DNA of 64,000 nt from Terrimicrobiaceae bacterium. GTDB lineage: Bacteria; Verrucomicrobiota; Verrucomicrobiia; Chthoniobacterales; Terrimicrobiaceae. The stretch spans positions 1-64,000 of the forward strand of contig JBGSVZ010000085.1 of NCBI GenBank assembly GCA_041752695.1, in the 5' to 3' direction. Shown one piece after another: positions 1-8,253 of the stretch. Position 1 is the stretch's first letter. Every line of letters starts with the position of its first letter. Made by a program: the position numbers and the translations under genes. Below the pieces are notes generated by a model. The model saw only the letters and a program-made list of their open reading frames with translations, did not search any database and was not told the DNA's origin.

Positions 1-535
1 ACGGCCTGAGACGCTCGATCAGCGCAGAACCAATTTCACCCGCTCCCAGAAGGGCCACGGTGGCGCCAAAATTCCCACAACCCTGGGCGGCATCACGGCC
101 CGCGGTGTAAGCCTGGGATAACCGGAAATAACCTTTGTTGGCCAGGAGGATCTGCGCGAGGGCGAACTCGGCAACCGGGACCGCGTTTGCGAAGGAAGCC
201 GCATAGACCTCCACTCCCCGGGAAAGCAGGGGTTTGGCGAAATAGCGAACGGTTCCCGCAGAATAAAAAACCGCCCGGAGACTGCACATTGACGTCGCAT
301 CTGCCTCCGAAAACGAGGGCAAATTCCACGTTCCAAAGATAATCTCGATATTCGAAAGGATCTTTGGACCAGGGGGCCAGTTTTCCGGCGAGATGGGATC
401 AGACAGGAACGAAGTGATGGCCGCGAGGCGACCGAGATGCCGCTCTCCAAATACGCCCGAGAGCGCCCACGGTTCACCAATGACGAGCGATGAGGGCTTC
501 CGGTGTGGAGACCGTTGGAATCTCTTCAGTTGCAT
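1..535 (-). CDS. D-isomer-specific 2-hydroxyacid dehydrogenase family protein (5' part; runs off the window's left edge)
   Basis: Not in the ORF track. Manual translation from ATG at 535 is open to position 1: ...AVFYSAGTVRYF...NAVPVAEFALAQILLANKGYF...TVALLGAGEIG (Rossmann GxGxxG), typical of this family. Confidence 0.8.
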   Translation of the reverse strand, partial: MQLKRFQRSPHRKPSSLVIGEPWALSGVFGERHLGRLAAITSFLSDPISPENWPPGPKILSNIEIIFGTWNLPSFSEADATSMCSLRAVFYSAGTVRYFAKPLLSRGVEVYAASFANAVPVAEFALAQILLANKGYFRLSQAYTAGRDAAQGCGNFGATVALLGAGEIGSALIERLRP

Positions 536-907
536 GTACGGATATCGGGATGAGTTCCCCGGGAAACAATGCAAGGAACCAAACTGGGCCGCAAAAGGAA
601 CATCACTGAACTCGTTTAGAACACGGTATGGAGTCCCTGCGGGGAAGCCGCAACTCACTGGAGCAATCAGGCCAGAGGAATCAACCCCGCAATCCAGCGG
701 TTTGGCGGCCGCTATTTGCTCGGTCTTCACTCTATGGAAGCCTGCGCCCGGAGCCCTGCCATGGAATCGGCGATGCGCCAAGGGAAGGGCACAGACGTGA
801 CAGCGCCTGGAGGGCCCGGACGGCCTCGAAAACTCCTGGGAAGAATACTGACGCTCATGATCGGTTCGCTTAAATATGATTTTCATCGCTCACTGATGTC
901 CTCAATT

Positions 908-979
908 ATGAAAACCAGCCGTCTCCATCGCCTCTTTAATGCCAAATCCAACCGCTGTTTCGACGTCGCCGTGGATCAT
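908..979 (+). pseudogene. 5' fragment of a class I (DhnA/LsrF-like) aldolase gene
   Basis: MKTSRLHRLFNAKSNRCFDVAVDH resembles the N-terminus (RLxRLF...AxDH) of DhnA-type aldolases; similarity stops after DH and the frame closes at 1078. Confidence 0.55.
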
Positions 980-1179
980 GACGGAAGCTTCCGACACGGA
1001 CCGCAGAAAGCTCATCAGCGAATCGTTATGGTCTGCCTTTCGAGATGCTTTATCGGCCGTAGAGAACACCTCCGATAGCACGGAGCATTTGAGGAAATTC
1101 AGTGAGTGCTCCAAAACATTCCCATAATCAATCTTGCTGACACTCAACGGAAAAACACGAAACACCCCGCTCCTGAAGC

Positions 1180-1328
1180 TGTACTACTTTTTGTGCTACT
1201 TTGGGGCCGATTCTGACTTCCCCGGCTAAATGCGAAAATTCGCCGAAAAATCTGATAAACACTTGATTCAAGAACACCAACTGCAACGAAAAGCAACGTC
1301 GTAAAACCGCAAAAACACCAATCCTAAG
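1180..1328. mobile_element. att arm of a tyrosine-integrase element (island boundary) abutting a tRNA-Leu half gene
   Basis: Tandem 12-bp repeats TGTACTACTTTT/TGTGCTACTTTG (1180-1203); exact IHF consensus AATCAAGTGTTTA on minus (1256-1268); GCAACG repeats 10 bp apart; AT-rich; junction at the tRNA anticodon loop. Confidence 0.65.
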
Positions 1329-1360
1329 TCTGGCGCGTCTGCCAATTTCGCCAACCGGGC
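1321..1360 (-). tRNA. tRNA-Leu(TAG), 5' half only (truncated just after the anticodon loop)
   Basis: Minus strand GCCCGGTTGGCGAAATTGGCAGACGCGCCAGACTTAGGAT gives acceptor 5' strand, D-arm, anticodon stem 5' strand and loop CTTAGGA; no variable arm, T-arm (GGTTC) or acceptor 3' strand follows. Confidence 0.8.
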
Positions 1361-1530
1361 GTGGTTGATGATGCAGGGATTTTCACCGCCTGGACCATTC
1401 CCCCCGGGGACCGGAGTCGGAGTCCGGGAGTGCAGCGCAGAGACTCCCCTTCGCGCCCGACACTCGCAAGCGCAAAGTTTGTCCACCCGGAATTCCCTCA
1501 CGACGGGCGTTCTCGGGTTTCGCGTTGCCT

Positions 1531-2325
1531 TCAGGCGGAAAAAAGTCCCTCCACGAAGGTTTTTTCGGCAATGGCCTGTGCCAGGACTGCGTCGAGATCG
1601 AAGTCCGCTTCGGAACAAATCCCCGCGGGAACAAACTCCAACGAGGCAGACACCCCAGGCGGAAGATCGCGCAGGATCCGACTCCACGGGGTCACTCCCC
1701 GCTCCAGAGTTTCAAATCCACCGGAGGGTGCCCGGTTTTGCAGATGAATGTGACGGATGAATTCCTTCTGAAGGGCGAATTGGGCACAGGCTTTCTCGCC
1801 GTCGAAAATCGTCGGCTGGAAAACAAGACCCACCGTCGGCAGGGCGAGGTCCTTCACCAACTCAACGATGCGGTGGGGATCATCCGCAATCGAACCATCG
1901 TGCGTTTCCAGCAGGATCTCGATCCCGTCGAGCCGCGCGGCCACCGAGGCCAGACGGCCCGCAAAGGCCTCTACGGCAGCGGTATCGCCGGGCGAAATTT
2001 TCGGCCCGGGAAAAAGACGGAGTTTGGCGAATCCGAAATAACGCAGCGTCTCTTCCAGCGCCGACACCGCCGCCGGGAGATCGCCTGGAGCCAGCGCGGC
2101 CAGGTCCAGATAGGAGCTGAGAATTTCCGGCTTCAGGGCGTTTTTTTCCAGCGATTCGCGAATGGCCGGTCGCAGTGCCTCCTCACGCAAATGAGGTTCG
2201 TAAATTTCCAGGGTGCGAAATCCCGCCCGGGCAATGCGGGGAAGCAAGGTGGTGAGCGATTGCGAAACGCGCTGTGGCGTCCAGCGGGCGGGTTCGAGCG
2301 CAATGGTGTGAAAAAAGATCTCCAT
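1531..2325 (-). CDS. Sugar phosphate isomerase/epimerase (xylose isomerase-like TIM barrel)
   Basis: GFRTLEIY, LLETHD, HIHLQNR and ASLEF metal-ligand pattern of the AP-endonuclease-2/IolE-like fold; start taken at MEIFF. Confidence 0.75.
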   Translation of the reverse strand: MEIFFHTIALEPARWTPQRVSQSLTTLLPRIARAGFRTLEIYEPHLREEALRPAIRESLEKNALKPEILSSYLDLAALAPGDLPAAVSALEETLRYFGFAKLRLFPGPKISPGDTAAVEAFAGRLASVAARLDGIEILLETHDGSIADDPHRIVELVKDLALPTVGLVFQPTIFDGEKACAQFALQKEFIRHIHLQNRAPSGGFETLERGVTPWSRILRDLPPGVSASLEFVPAGICSEADFDLDAVLAQAIAEKTFVEGLFSA

Positions 2326-2465
2326 TTTGCCCATGCAGCGGGCTTTTTCCCCGGTTGTCAATCAATCCCCGGTCGGTCTCCCTTGCCACTCAGGGGACCG
2401 CCCGATGGAGAAGCACGGAAATACAGTTGACTTGGCAGGGGAATTGCGGATTCTCCGCGGCGTCT

Positions 2466-2564
2466 ATGTTCGATCTCGCGGCGTTTACGGCTTTTGTTGG
2501 TTTGGCAGCCGCCCTCTTTGGCGGCGTCTGGTGGGTGTGCCGTAACGACACGGATCCTTCCTGA
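2466..2564 (+). CDS. 32-aa single-TM small protein
   Basis: MFDLAAFTAFVGLAAALFGGVWWVCRNDTDPS; preceded by TTGACT-N16-GATTCT; ends 14 nt before the GNAT gene. Confidence 0.45.
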   Translation: MFDLAAFTAFVGLAAALFGGVWWVCRNDTDPS

Positions 2565-2578
2565 TTCTTCGCGGCATC

Positions 2579-3112
2579 ATGACGACCACCTGGCAACGCT
2601 TCACGTGGGACCTTGCGAAGGTTCCGTCGGTCGAGGATGTGGTCGCCCTTCCTTACCAATTGCGTCCAGCGACCGGGGAAGAGCAGGATACCGTGCAGAA
2701 AGTGACCTTGAGCGCTTTCAGCATGGATTCGGGCTGGGGCAACCTGCAAAGCCCGTTTGTGGAGATGATTCGCAAACAGGTGGCCACCGCCTTTGAGAAG
2801 GAGGCAAAAAACCAGTGCCTCGTTCTGTTGCACGGTTCGCGCATCATCGGATCTTCCGTGCTCGGCTTGGAAGAGGGAACGGACAGCCATCTGCTGACCG
2901 GCCCCTGCATCTTGCACGAATACCGCAGTCGTGGCCTCGGCAGCCAGTTGTTGCACGCCTCCCTTTTGGCCTTGCGGGCGACCGGCTTGAAAAAAGCCTT
3001 CGGCATCACCCGTGAGAAAGCGACGACCGCCCGGTTCATTTATCCCAAATTTGGCGGAGTTTCCGAGGCCTGGGCGCCGGATTTTGAGCCAGCCCCGAAA
3101 ATTGCCGCCTAA
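2579..3112 (+). CDS. GNAT family N-acetyltransferase
   Basis: ILHEYRSRGLGSQLL acetyl-CoA-binding motif A; FIYPKFG C-terminal motif. Confidence 0.85.
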   Translation: MTTTWQRFTWDLAKVPSVEDVVALPYQLRPATGEEQDTVQKVTLSAFSMDSGWGNLQSPFVEMIRKQVATAFEKEAKNQCLVLLHGSRIIGSSVLGLEEGTDSHLLTGPCILHEYRSRGLGSQLLHASLLALRATGLKKAFGITREKATTARFIYPKFGGVSEAWAPDFEPAPKIAA

Positions 3113-3169
3113 CGCCGCGCGCTTTGCGCTTCCCAAAGGGCCCAAGGTTTGTCACACAAAAGAGGATCG

Positions 3170-4663
3170 ATGAATGGGCTGTTTAAGGATTACGAGGTTG
3201 GGGATTTTTTCGATGAGATGTTTTCCGCGCCAGGAACGGTGCGGCCGCATTACGAACTTCTCGCCCGACGTTTCGCGGAAATGGAGAAAGGCGAATTCGA
3301 ACGCAAGCGCGAATTGGCCGAAAAGTCCTATCTGAATCAGGGCATCACCTTCACCGTCTACAGCGGTGACGAAGGCACCGAGCGAATTTTCCCCTTCGAT
3401 CTCATCCCCCGCATCATTGCCGCCAAAGAATGGGAGCACGTGGAACGCGGGCTCGTCCAGCGCCTCACCGCGCTGAACATGTTCCTGCACGACATTTATC
3501 ACGATCAACGCATCCTCAAGGAGAAGCTCATTCCGGAGGAAATCATCCTCGGGGCGAAACACTTCCGTCCGGAGTTGATGGGCTTCGATGTTCCGAAGGA
3601 CATCTACATTCACATTTGCGGCACCGACCTCATCCGCGACCGCCAGGGGGCCTACACCGTGCTGGAAGACAACGGCCGCTGCCCGTCGGGGGTTTCTTAC
3701 GTGCTGGAAAACCGCCAGGCCATGAAGCGGGTCTTCCCCAAGCTTTTCACAAAATATTCCGTGCGTCCCGTGGACCGCTACGCGCAGGACCTGCTGGCCG
3801 CATTGCGTTATGTCGCCCCGCACGAAAATCCCGACCCCACCGTGGTGGTGCTCACGCCGGGCATCTTCAACTCTGCCTACTTCGAGCATTCGTTCCTCGC
3901 CCGCTCGATGGGCATTGAGATCGTCACCGGCAACGACCTCGTCGTGAAAGACGCCCGCGTTTTCATGAAAACCACCAAGGGTCTCAAGCAGGTGGACGTG
4001 ATTTACCGCCGCATTGACGACGATTTTATCGATCCCACGGTCTTCCGCAAAGACTCCGTGCTGGGCGTGCCCGGCATCATCGAAGCCTACCGCAAGGGCA
4101 ACGTGAACCTCGCCAACGCCGTCGGCACCGGCGTGGCGGATGACAAGGTCACGTATTATTACGTCCCGCGGATGATCAAGTTCTACCTCGGCGAGGAGCC
4201 CATATTGCCGAACGTGCAGACCTACCTCACGTCGGACGATTCCGACCGCAAATACGTGCTGGAAAATCTGGGCAACCTCGTGGTGAAAGCCGCCAACGAG
4301 AGCGGCGGTTACGGCATGCTTATCGGGCCCCACGCCACCAAGGAGGAGATCGAAAAATTCCGCCAGGCCATCATCGAGGATCCGCGCGGTTATGTCGCCC
4401 AGCCGGTGATCAATCTCTCGCGCTCTCCCTCGTATTGCGACGGCCAGGCCGAGGGGCGCCACATCGACCTGCGGCCCTACATTCTCAGCGGCGAAAAAAC
4501 CAGCATCATCCCCGGCGGCCTCACCCGCGTCGCTCTGCGCAAGGGATCGCTCGTGGTGAATTCCAGCCAGGGCGGAGGCAGCAAGGACACCTGGGTACTC
4601 GACGAGGACGAAGCCGTGGCGCCAACTCCGAACGTTCAAAGTCAGAGCCAATCGCAATCCTAA
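3170..4663 (+). CDS. Circularly permuted type 2 ATP-grasp protein
   Basis: [63 protein letters not shown]. Confidence 0.93.
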   Translation: MNGLFKDYEVGDFFDEMFSAPGTVRPHYELLARRFAEMEKGEFERKRELAEKSYLNQGITFTVYSGDEGTERIFPFDLIPRIIAAKEWEHVERGLVQRLTALNMFLHDIYHDQRILKEKLIPEEIILGAKHFRPELMGFDVPKDIYIHICGTDLIRDRQGAYTVLEDNGRCPSGVSYVLENRQAMKRVFPKLFTKYSVRPVDRYAQDLLAALRYVAPHENPDPTVVVLTPGIFNSAYFEHSFLARSMGIEIVTGNDLVVKDARVFMKTTKGLKQVDVIYRRIDDDFIDPTVFRKDSVLGVPGIIEAYRKGNVNLANAVGTGVADDKVTYYYVPRMIKFYLGEEPILPNVQTYLTSDDSDRKYVLENLGNLVVKAANESGGYGMLIGPHATKEEIEKFRQAIIEDPRGYVAQPVINLSRSPSYCDGQAEGRHIDLRPYILSGEKTSIIPGGLTRVALRKGSLVVNSSQGGGSKDTWVLDEDEAVAPTPNVQSQSQSQS

Positions 4664-4667
4664 TATC

Positions 4668-5645
4668 ATGCTAAGCCGAGTCGCCGATTCCTGTTTCTGG
4701 CTCAGCCGCTACATTGAGCGCGCCGAGACCAACGCCCGCATTCTCGATGTCAACATGCAGCTCATGCTCGACCTCGAAGACCAGACCCCCCTGTCCATGC
4801 GACAGCACTGGCAGCCCGTTCTGGCCACGCTGGAGGACCAGGAGCTTTTTTCCAAGTTCCACGAGACAATCTCTCCCGAGACGGTGATGGACTTTGTCAC
4901 TTTCGAGAAAAAAAACCCTCACGGCATCTATTCCTGCATCGCCAATGCCCGGGAAAACGCCCGCACCGTCCGCGAGCAGATCTCCAGCGAAATGTGGGAG
5001 CAACTCAACCGCACCTTCCTCTACCTGCGCGATGGCCAAGCCCGCGCCGACTTCACCGAAAGTCCGATCGATTTTTACCGTCGCCTGGTGGACAATCTCC
5101 ACGGTTTCCAAGGCACGACCGACGCCACCATGACGCATGGCGAGGGCTGGGACTTTCTCCAGATCGGGAAATATCTCGAACGCGCCGACTCCACCTCGCG
5201 CGTCCTCGACATCAAATATCACATCCTTCTCCCCAGCGGCGAGAAGGTGGGGGGCCATGTCGATATCACGCAATGGATGGCCGTCCTGCGCTCCTGCAGT
5301 GGCTTGGAAGCTTATCTGAAAACTTTTGTCGGCCAGGTCACCGGCTGGCAGGTTGCGGAGTTTCTCATCCTGCATGACGAATTTCCCCGCTCCATCCGCT
5401 TCTGCGCCGACGAACTGGACAGCGCCCTGCACCGCATCTCCGGCTGCGAGAAAAACCATTTCAGCAACGAAGCCGAGCGCCTTTCAGGGCTGCTCCGCTC
5501 GAGCTTGAACTACACCACGATTGCCTCGGTTTTTCAGGCCGGGCTGCACCAATTTCTCGACAAAACTCAAGGCAACTTGATCGACATCGCCGAGGCGATC
5601 ACCAAGACGTACTGCTATTGGATGGAAGATCAGGACGCGGCTTGA
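4668..5645 (+). CDS. Alpha-E domain-containing protein
   Basis: MLSRVADSCFWLSRYIERAE, ARENARTVREQISSEMWE, LERAD, FPRSI. Confidence 0.93.
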   Translation: MLSRVADSCFWLSRYIERAETNARILDVNMQLMLDLEDQTPLSMRQHWQPVLATLEDQELFSKFHETISPETVMDFVTFEKKNPHGIYSCIANARENARTVREQISSEMWEQLNRTFLYLRDGQARADFTESPIDFYRRLVDNLHGFQGTTDATMTHGEGWDFLQIGKYLERADSTSRVLDIKYHILLPSGEKVGGHVDITQWMAVLRSCSGLEAYLKTFVGQVTGWQVAEFLILHDEFPRSIRFCADELDSALHRISGCEKNHFSNEAERLSGLLRSSLNYTTIASVFQAGLHQFLDKTQGNLIDIAEAITKTYCYWMEDQDAA

Positions 5646-5654
5646 GGGCTTCGC

Positions 5655-6500
5655 ATGAAGTCACCCACCCGCGTCGAGATCCCTTCGTTTCCCGGCGGCA
5701 AACGCATAGCCGTCACCACCAGCTTTGACGACGGCCACACGTTCGACCGGCGGATCGTGGATTCTTTCAACGCCTGGGGGCTGAAAGGGACCTTCAACCT
5801 AAACTCCGGCAACCTCGGTCGCACAGGTTCCCCCACGGCGGAAGGCAGCCGCTCCGCACTCGATGCCTCGGAAATCGCCTCGGTTTATCAAGGGCACGAG
5901 GTCGCGATTCATACCGTCACCCACCCGCATCTCCCAAGGCTCGATCCCTCGCAAATCGCGCGCGAAGTCCTGGACGACCGCCGTGCCTTGGAAGACCTGG
6001 TTGGCTATCCGGTCCGTGGGATGGCTTATCCTTTTGGCAGCTACAACCAACAGGTCGCCGACCTGCTGCGGTCCCTGGGAATCGTGTACAGCCGCACCTG
6101 CGAAAACGCCGAAAACTGCTTCCCGCCGAAAGATTCCCTCGCCTGGGCCTCGACCGCCCACCAATACGCGACCGGGCCGACCGTGCCCGAACGTTTCGCC
6201 AGCAAATACGAAAACGCCCGCTACTCCGGAGTCTTTTTCATCTGGGGGCACGGGTTCGAATTTCACGACAAAAACGACTGGGCCTCGCTGGAGACCATTT
6301 TCAAACCGCTCTCCGGAAAACCCGACGTCTGGTATTGCACCAACATCGAACTCTTCGACTACGAAGCCGCCCGCCAGCGCATCGTCATCGCCGCCAACCT
6401 CGCCACCGCCTTCAACCCCAACGCGCTTGCGGTCTCGCTTCTCGTGGACGGCCGCCTGGTGGAAGTGCCGGGGGGCGCGACGGTGAGTTTGCGGGAATAG
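5655..6500 (+). CDS. Polysaccharide deacetylase family protein
   Basis: SFDDG, HEVAIHTVTHP, AYPFG and WGH NodB-type motifs. Confidence 0.88.
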   Translation: MKSPTRVEIPSFPGGKRIAVTTSFDDGHTFDRRIVDSFNAWGLKGTFNLNSGNLGRTGSPTAEGSRSALDASEIASVYQGHEVAIHTVTHPHLPRLDPSQIAREVLDDRRALEDLVGYPVRGMAYPFGSYNQQVADLLRSLGIVYSRTCENAENCFPPKDSLAWASTAHQYATGPTVPERFASKYENARYSGVFFIWGHGFEFHDKNDWASLETIFKPLSGKPDVWYCTNIELFDYEAARQRIVIAANLATAFNPNALAVSLLVDGRLVEVPGGATVSLRE

Positions 6501-6507
6501 CATCCGA

Positions 6508-6536
6508 TTGACACACCCGCCGCGCGCCCTCATTTT
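6508..6536 (+). promoter_or_regulatory. sigma70-like promoter, leaderless layout, for lysA
   Basis: TTGACA-N17-CATTTT, then 6 nt to the GTG start. Confidence 0.55.
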
Positions 6537-6542
6537 CTGCGG

Positions 6543-7832
6543 GTGCACTCGTTTTCGTATCGCGATGGCGTCCTTCACTGCGAGGACGTGAACCTTGACG
6601 TGCTGGCCGCCGAGGTCGGCACGCCGGCTTATGTCTATTCCGCGGAAACCATCCGCCAAAATTTCCGCCGCCTCGACGCCGCGCTCGCGCCGCTCGATCA
6701 TCTGATCTGCTACGCGGTTAAGGCCAATTCCAACCTCGCCGTGCTTAATCTGCTGGCGAAGGAGGGGGCGGGTTTTGACATTGTCTCCGGCGGCGAACTC
6801 TTCCGCGTGCAAAAAGCCGGCGCCGAATCTGCCCGCTGCACCTTCGCCGGAGTCGGCAAGACGACTGACGAGATCCGTCAGGCCCTCCAAGCCGGGATTT
6901 ATTGTTTCAACATCGAAAGCGAACCCGAACTCGAGCGCATCAACGACGTGGCCGCGTCGCTGGGCGTCAAAGCTCCGGTCGCCGTGCGGGTGAATCCCAA
7001 CGTGGATGCGAAAACGCACAAATACATTTCCACCGGCAAGAGCCTGAACAAATTCGGCGTCGGCCTCGACCGCGCCGCCGAGGTGTATGCCCGCGCCGCC
7101 GAACTTCCCAACCTGCACCTGCGCGGTGTGCAAACCCACATCGGTTCCCAGATCCTGGAATGCGAACATTTCGCCGAAGCCGCCGCCAAATTGGTCCCGC
7201 TGGTCGAGTCCTTGCGCGACAAATACGGCATCGAATTTTTCAGCATCGGGGGTGGCATCGGGATTGTCTATGATCCCGCCTTGGAAAGCGGCGACCCTGC
7301 ATGGTGGGCCGCCGGGGATCATCCTCAGCGCATCACTCCAGAGGCCTACGCCGCCGCCATCGTGCCGATCCTTCAGCCGCTTGGCTTGCGCATCCTTTTT
7401 GAGCCCGGTCGTTTCATGGTGGGCAATGCAGGGGTGCTGCTCAGTACCGTCCAATACGTCAAAAAAACGCCCGCCAAAATCTTCACCGTGGTCGATGCCG
7501 CGATGAATGACCTCATCCGTCCTGCGCTTTATGAGGGTTATCATGAGATCGCACCTTTGCGGCAGACCACCGAGGCCCCGGCGCTGATGGACGTGGTCGG
7601 CCCCGTCTGTGAAAGCGGCGACTTTTTTGCCCAGGACCGCGAAGTCCCGCCCCTCAAACAGGACGACCGCATCGCCCTGCTCAGCGCGGGAGCTTACGGG
7701 TTTGTCATGTCGTCGAATTACAACTCCCGGCCACTTCTTCCTGAGGTGTTGGTCGAGGGTTCCGCTTCGCATGTCATTCGCAAACGGCAAACGCTGGATG
7801 ATCTGATTCAGGGCGAGACCATTCCGGGTTGA
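6543..7832 (+). CDS. lysA: Diaminopimelate decarboxylase
   Basis: YAVKAN PLP lysine, HIGSQ, EPGR, VGPVCESGD, MSSNYNSR. Confidence 0.96.
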   Translation: MHSFSYRDGVLHCEDVNLDVLAAEVGTPAYVYSAETIRQNFRRLDAALAPLDHLICYAVKANSNLAVLNLLAKEGAGFDIVSGGELFRVQKAGAESARCTFAGVGKTTDEIRQALQAGIYCFNIESEPELERINDVAASLGVKAPVAVRVNPNVDAKTHKYISTGKSLNKFGVGLDRAAEVYARAAELPNLHLRGVQTHIGSQILECEHFAEAAAKLVPLVESLRDKYGIEFFSIGGGIGIVYDPALESGDPAWWAAGDHPQRITPEAYAAAIVPILQPLGLRILFEPGRFMVGNAGVLLSTVQYVKKTPAKIFTVVDAAMNDLIRPALYEGYHEIAPLRQTTEAPALMDVVGPVCESGDFFAQDREVPPLKQDDRIALLSAGAYGFVMSSNYNSRPLLPEVLVEGSASHVIRKRQTLDDLIQGETIPG

Positions 7833-7901
7833 ATACGTCCCGGGGTGCGGGCAAACCATTTCCCGATTGAAAAACCTGCCCGGGCGGTCAGGTTCTTGGG
7901 G

Positions 7902-8249
7902 ATGGAATCCGAACATCTCGACTTCGACACGATCATGGCGGAGCGCCGCGCTGCGGCGGCCGCCTCCATCCAGCCAATTACGTATGACGCGCTCCTGGCC
8001 TTGGGCGAAAAACTATTCCCTTCAGTGGATCACCCGTGGCATGCCGTCTATGCGGATTTTCTCGCCGGCCACAAAGACTCCCCGGCGGTGCACGGCGTCG
8101 TAGATGACGGAGTCGAGTTCGTCTTTTTTCCCCGCGAGGCCAGGGGCCTTTGGTTTCGCAGCAGCGGCGGCGTCACGGGGATGGGCCCGATTCAGCCGCG
8201 CGGCATCACCGCCCTACAGGACATTACGGCGGAGAAAAATCTCGGCTGA
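7902..8249 (+). CDS. Hypothetical protein
   Basis: 115-aa ORF filling the gap between lysA and convergent ppk1, with genome-like codon usage. Confidence 0.6.
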   Translation: MESEHLDFDTIMAERRAAAAASIQPITYDALLALGEKLFPSVDHPWHAVYADFLAGHKDSPAVHGVVDDGVEFVFFPREARGLWFRSSGGVTGMGPIQPRGITALQDITAEKNLG

Positions 8250-8253
8250 TTTT

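Noticed and set aside
19..480. ORF-track ORFs at 19-480, 393-800 and 716-1078
   Set aside because: The real coding frame is the dehydrogenase at 1-535 (minus); the others lack motifs apart from the aldolase stub inside 716-1078
1150..1320. Group I intron in the tRNA-Leu anticodon loop
   Set aside because: No P/Q/R/S core motifs and no downstream 3' exon visible in 1-1320; the flanking DNA has att-arm features instead
5799..7916. 705-aa minus-strand ORF, and similar long antisense ORFs at 3152-4669, 45274-46893, 48810-50810, 51843-53237 and 59451-61661
   Set aside because: They are shadows of well-supported genes on the opposite strand; high-GC codon bias suppresses antisense stops; no recognisable motifs
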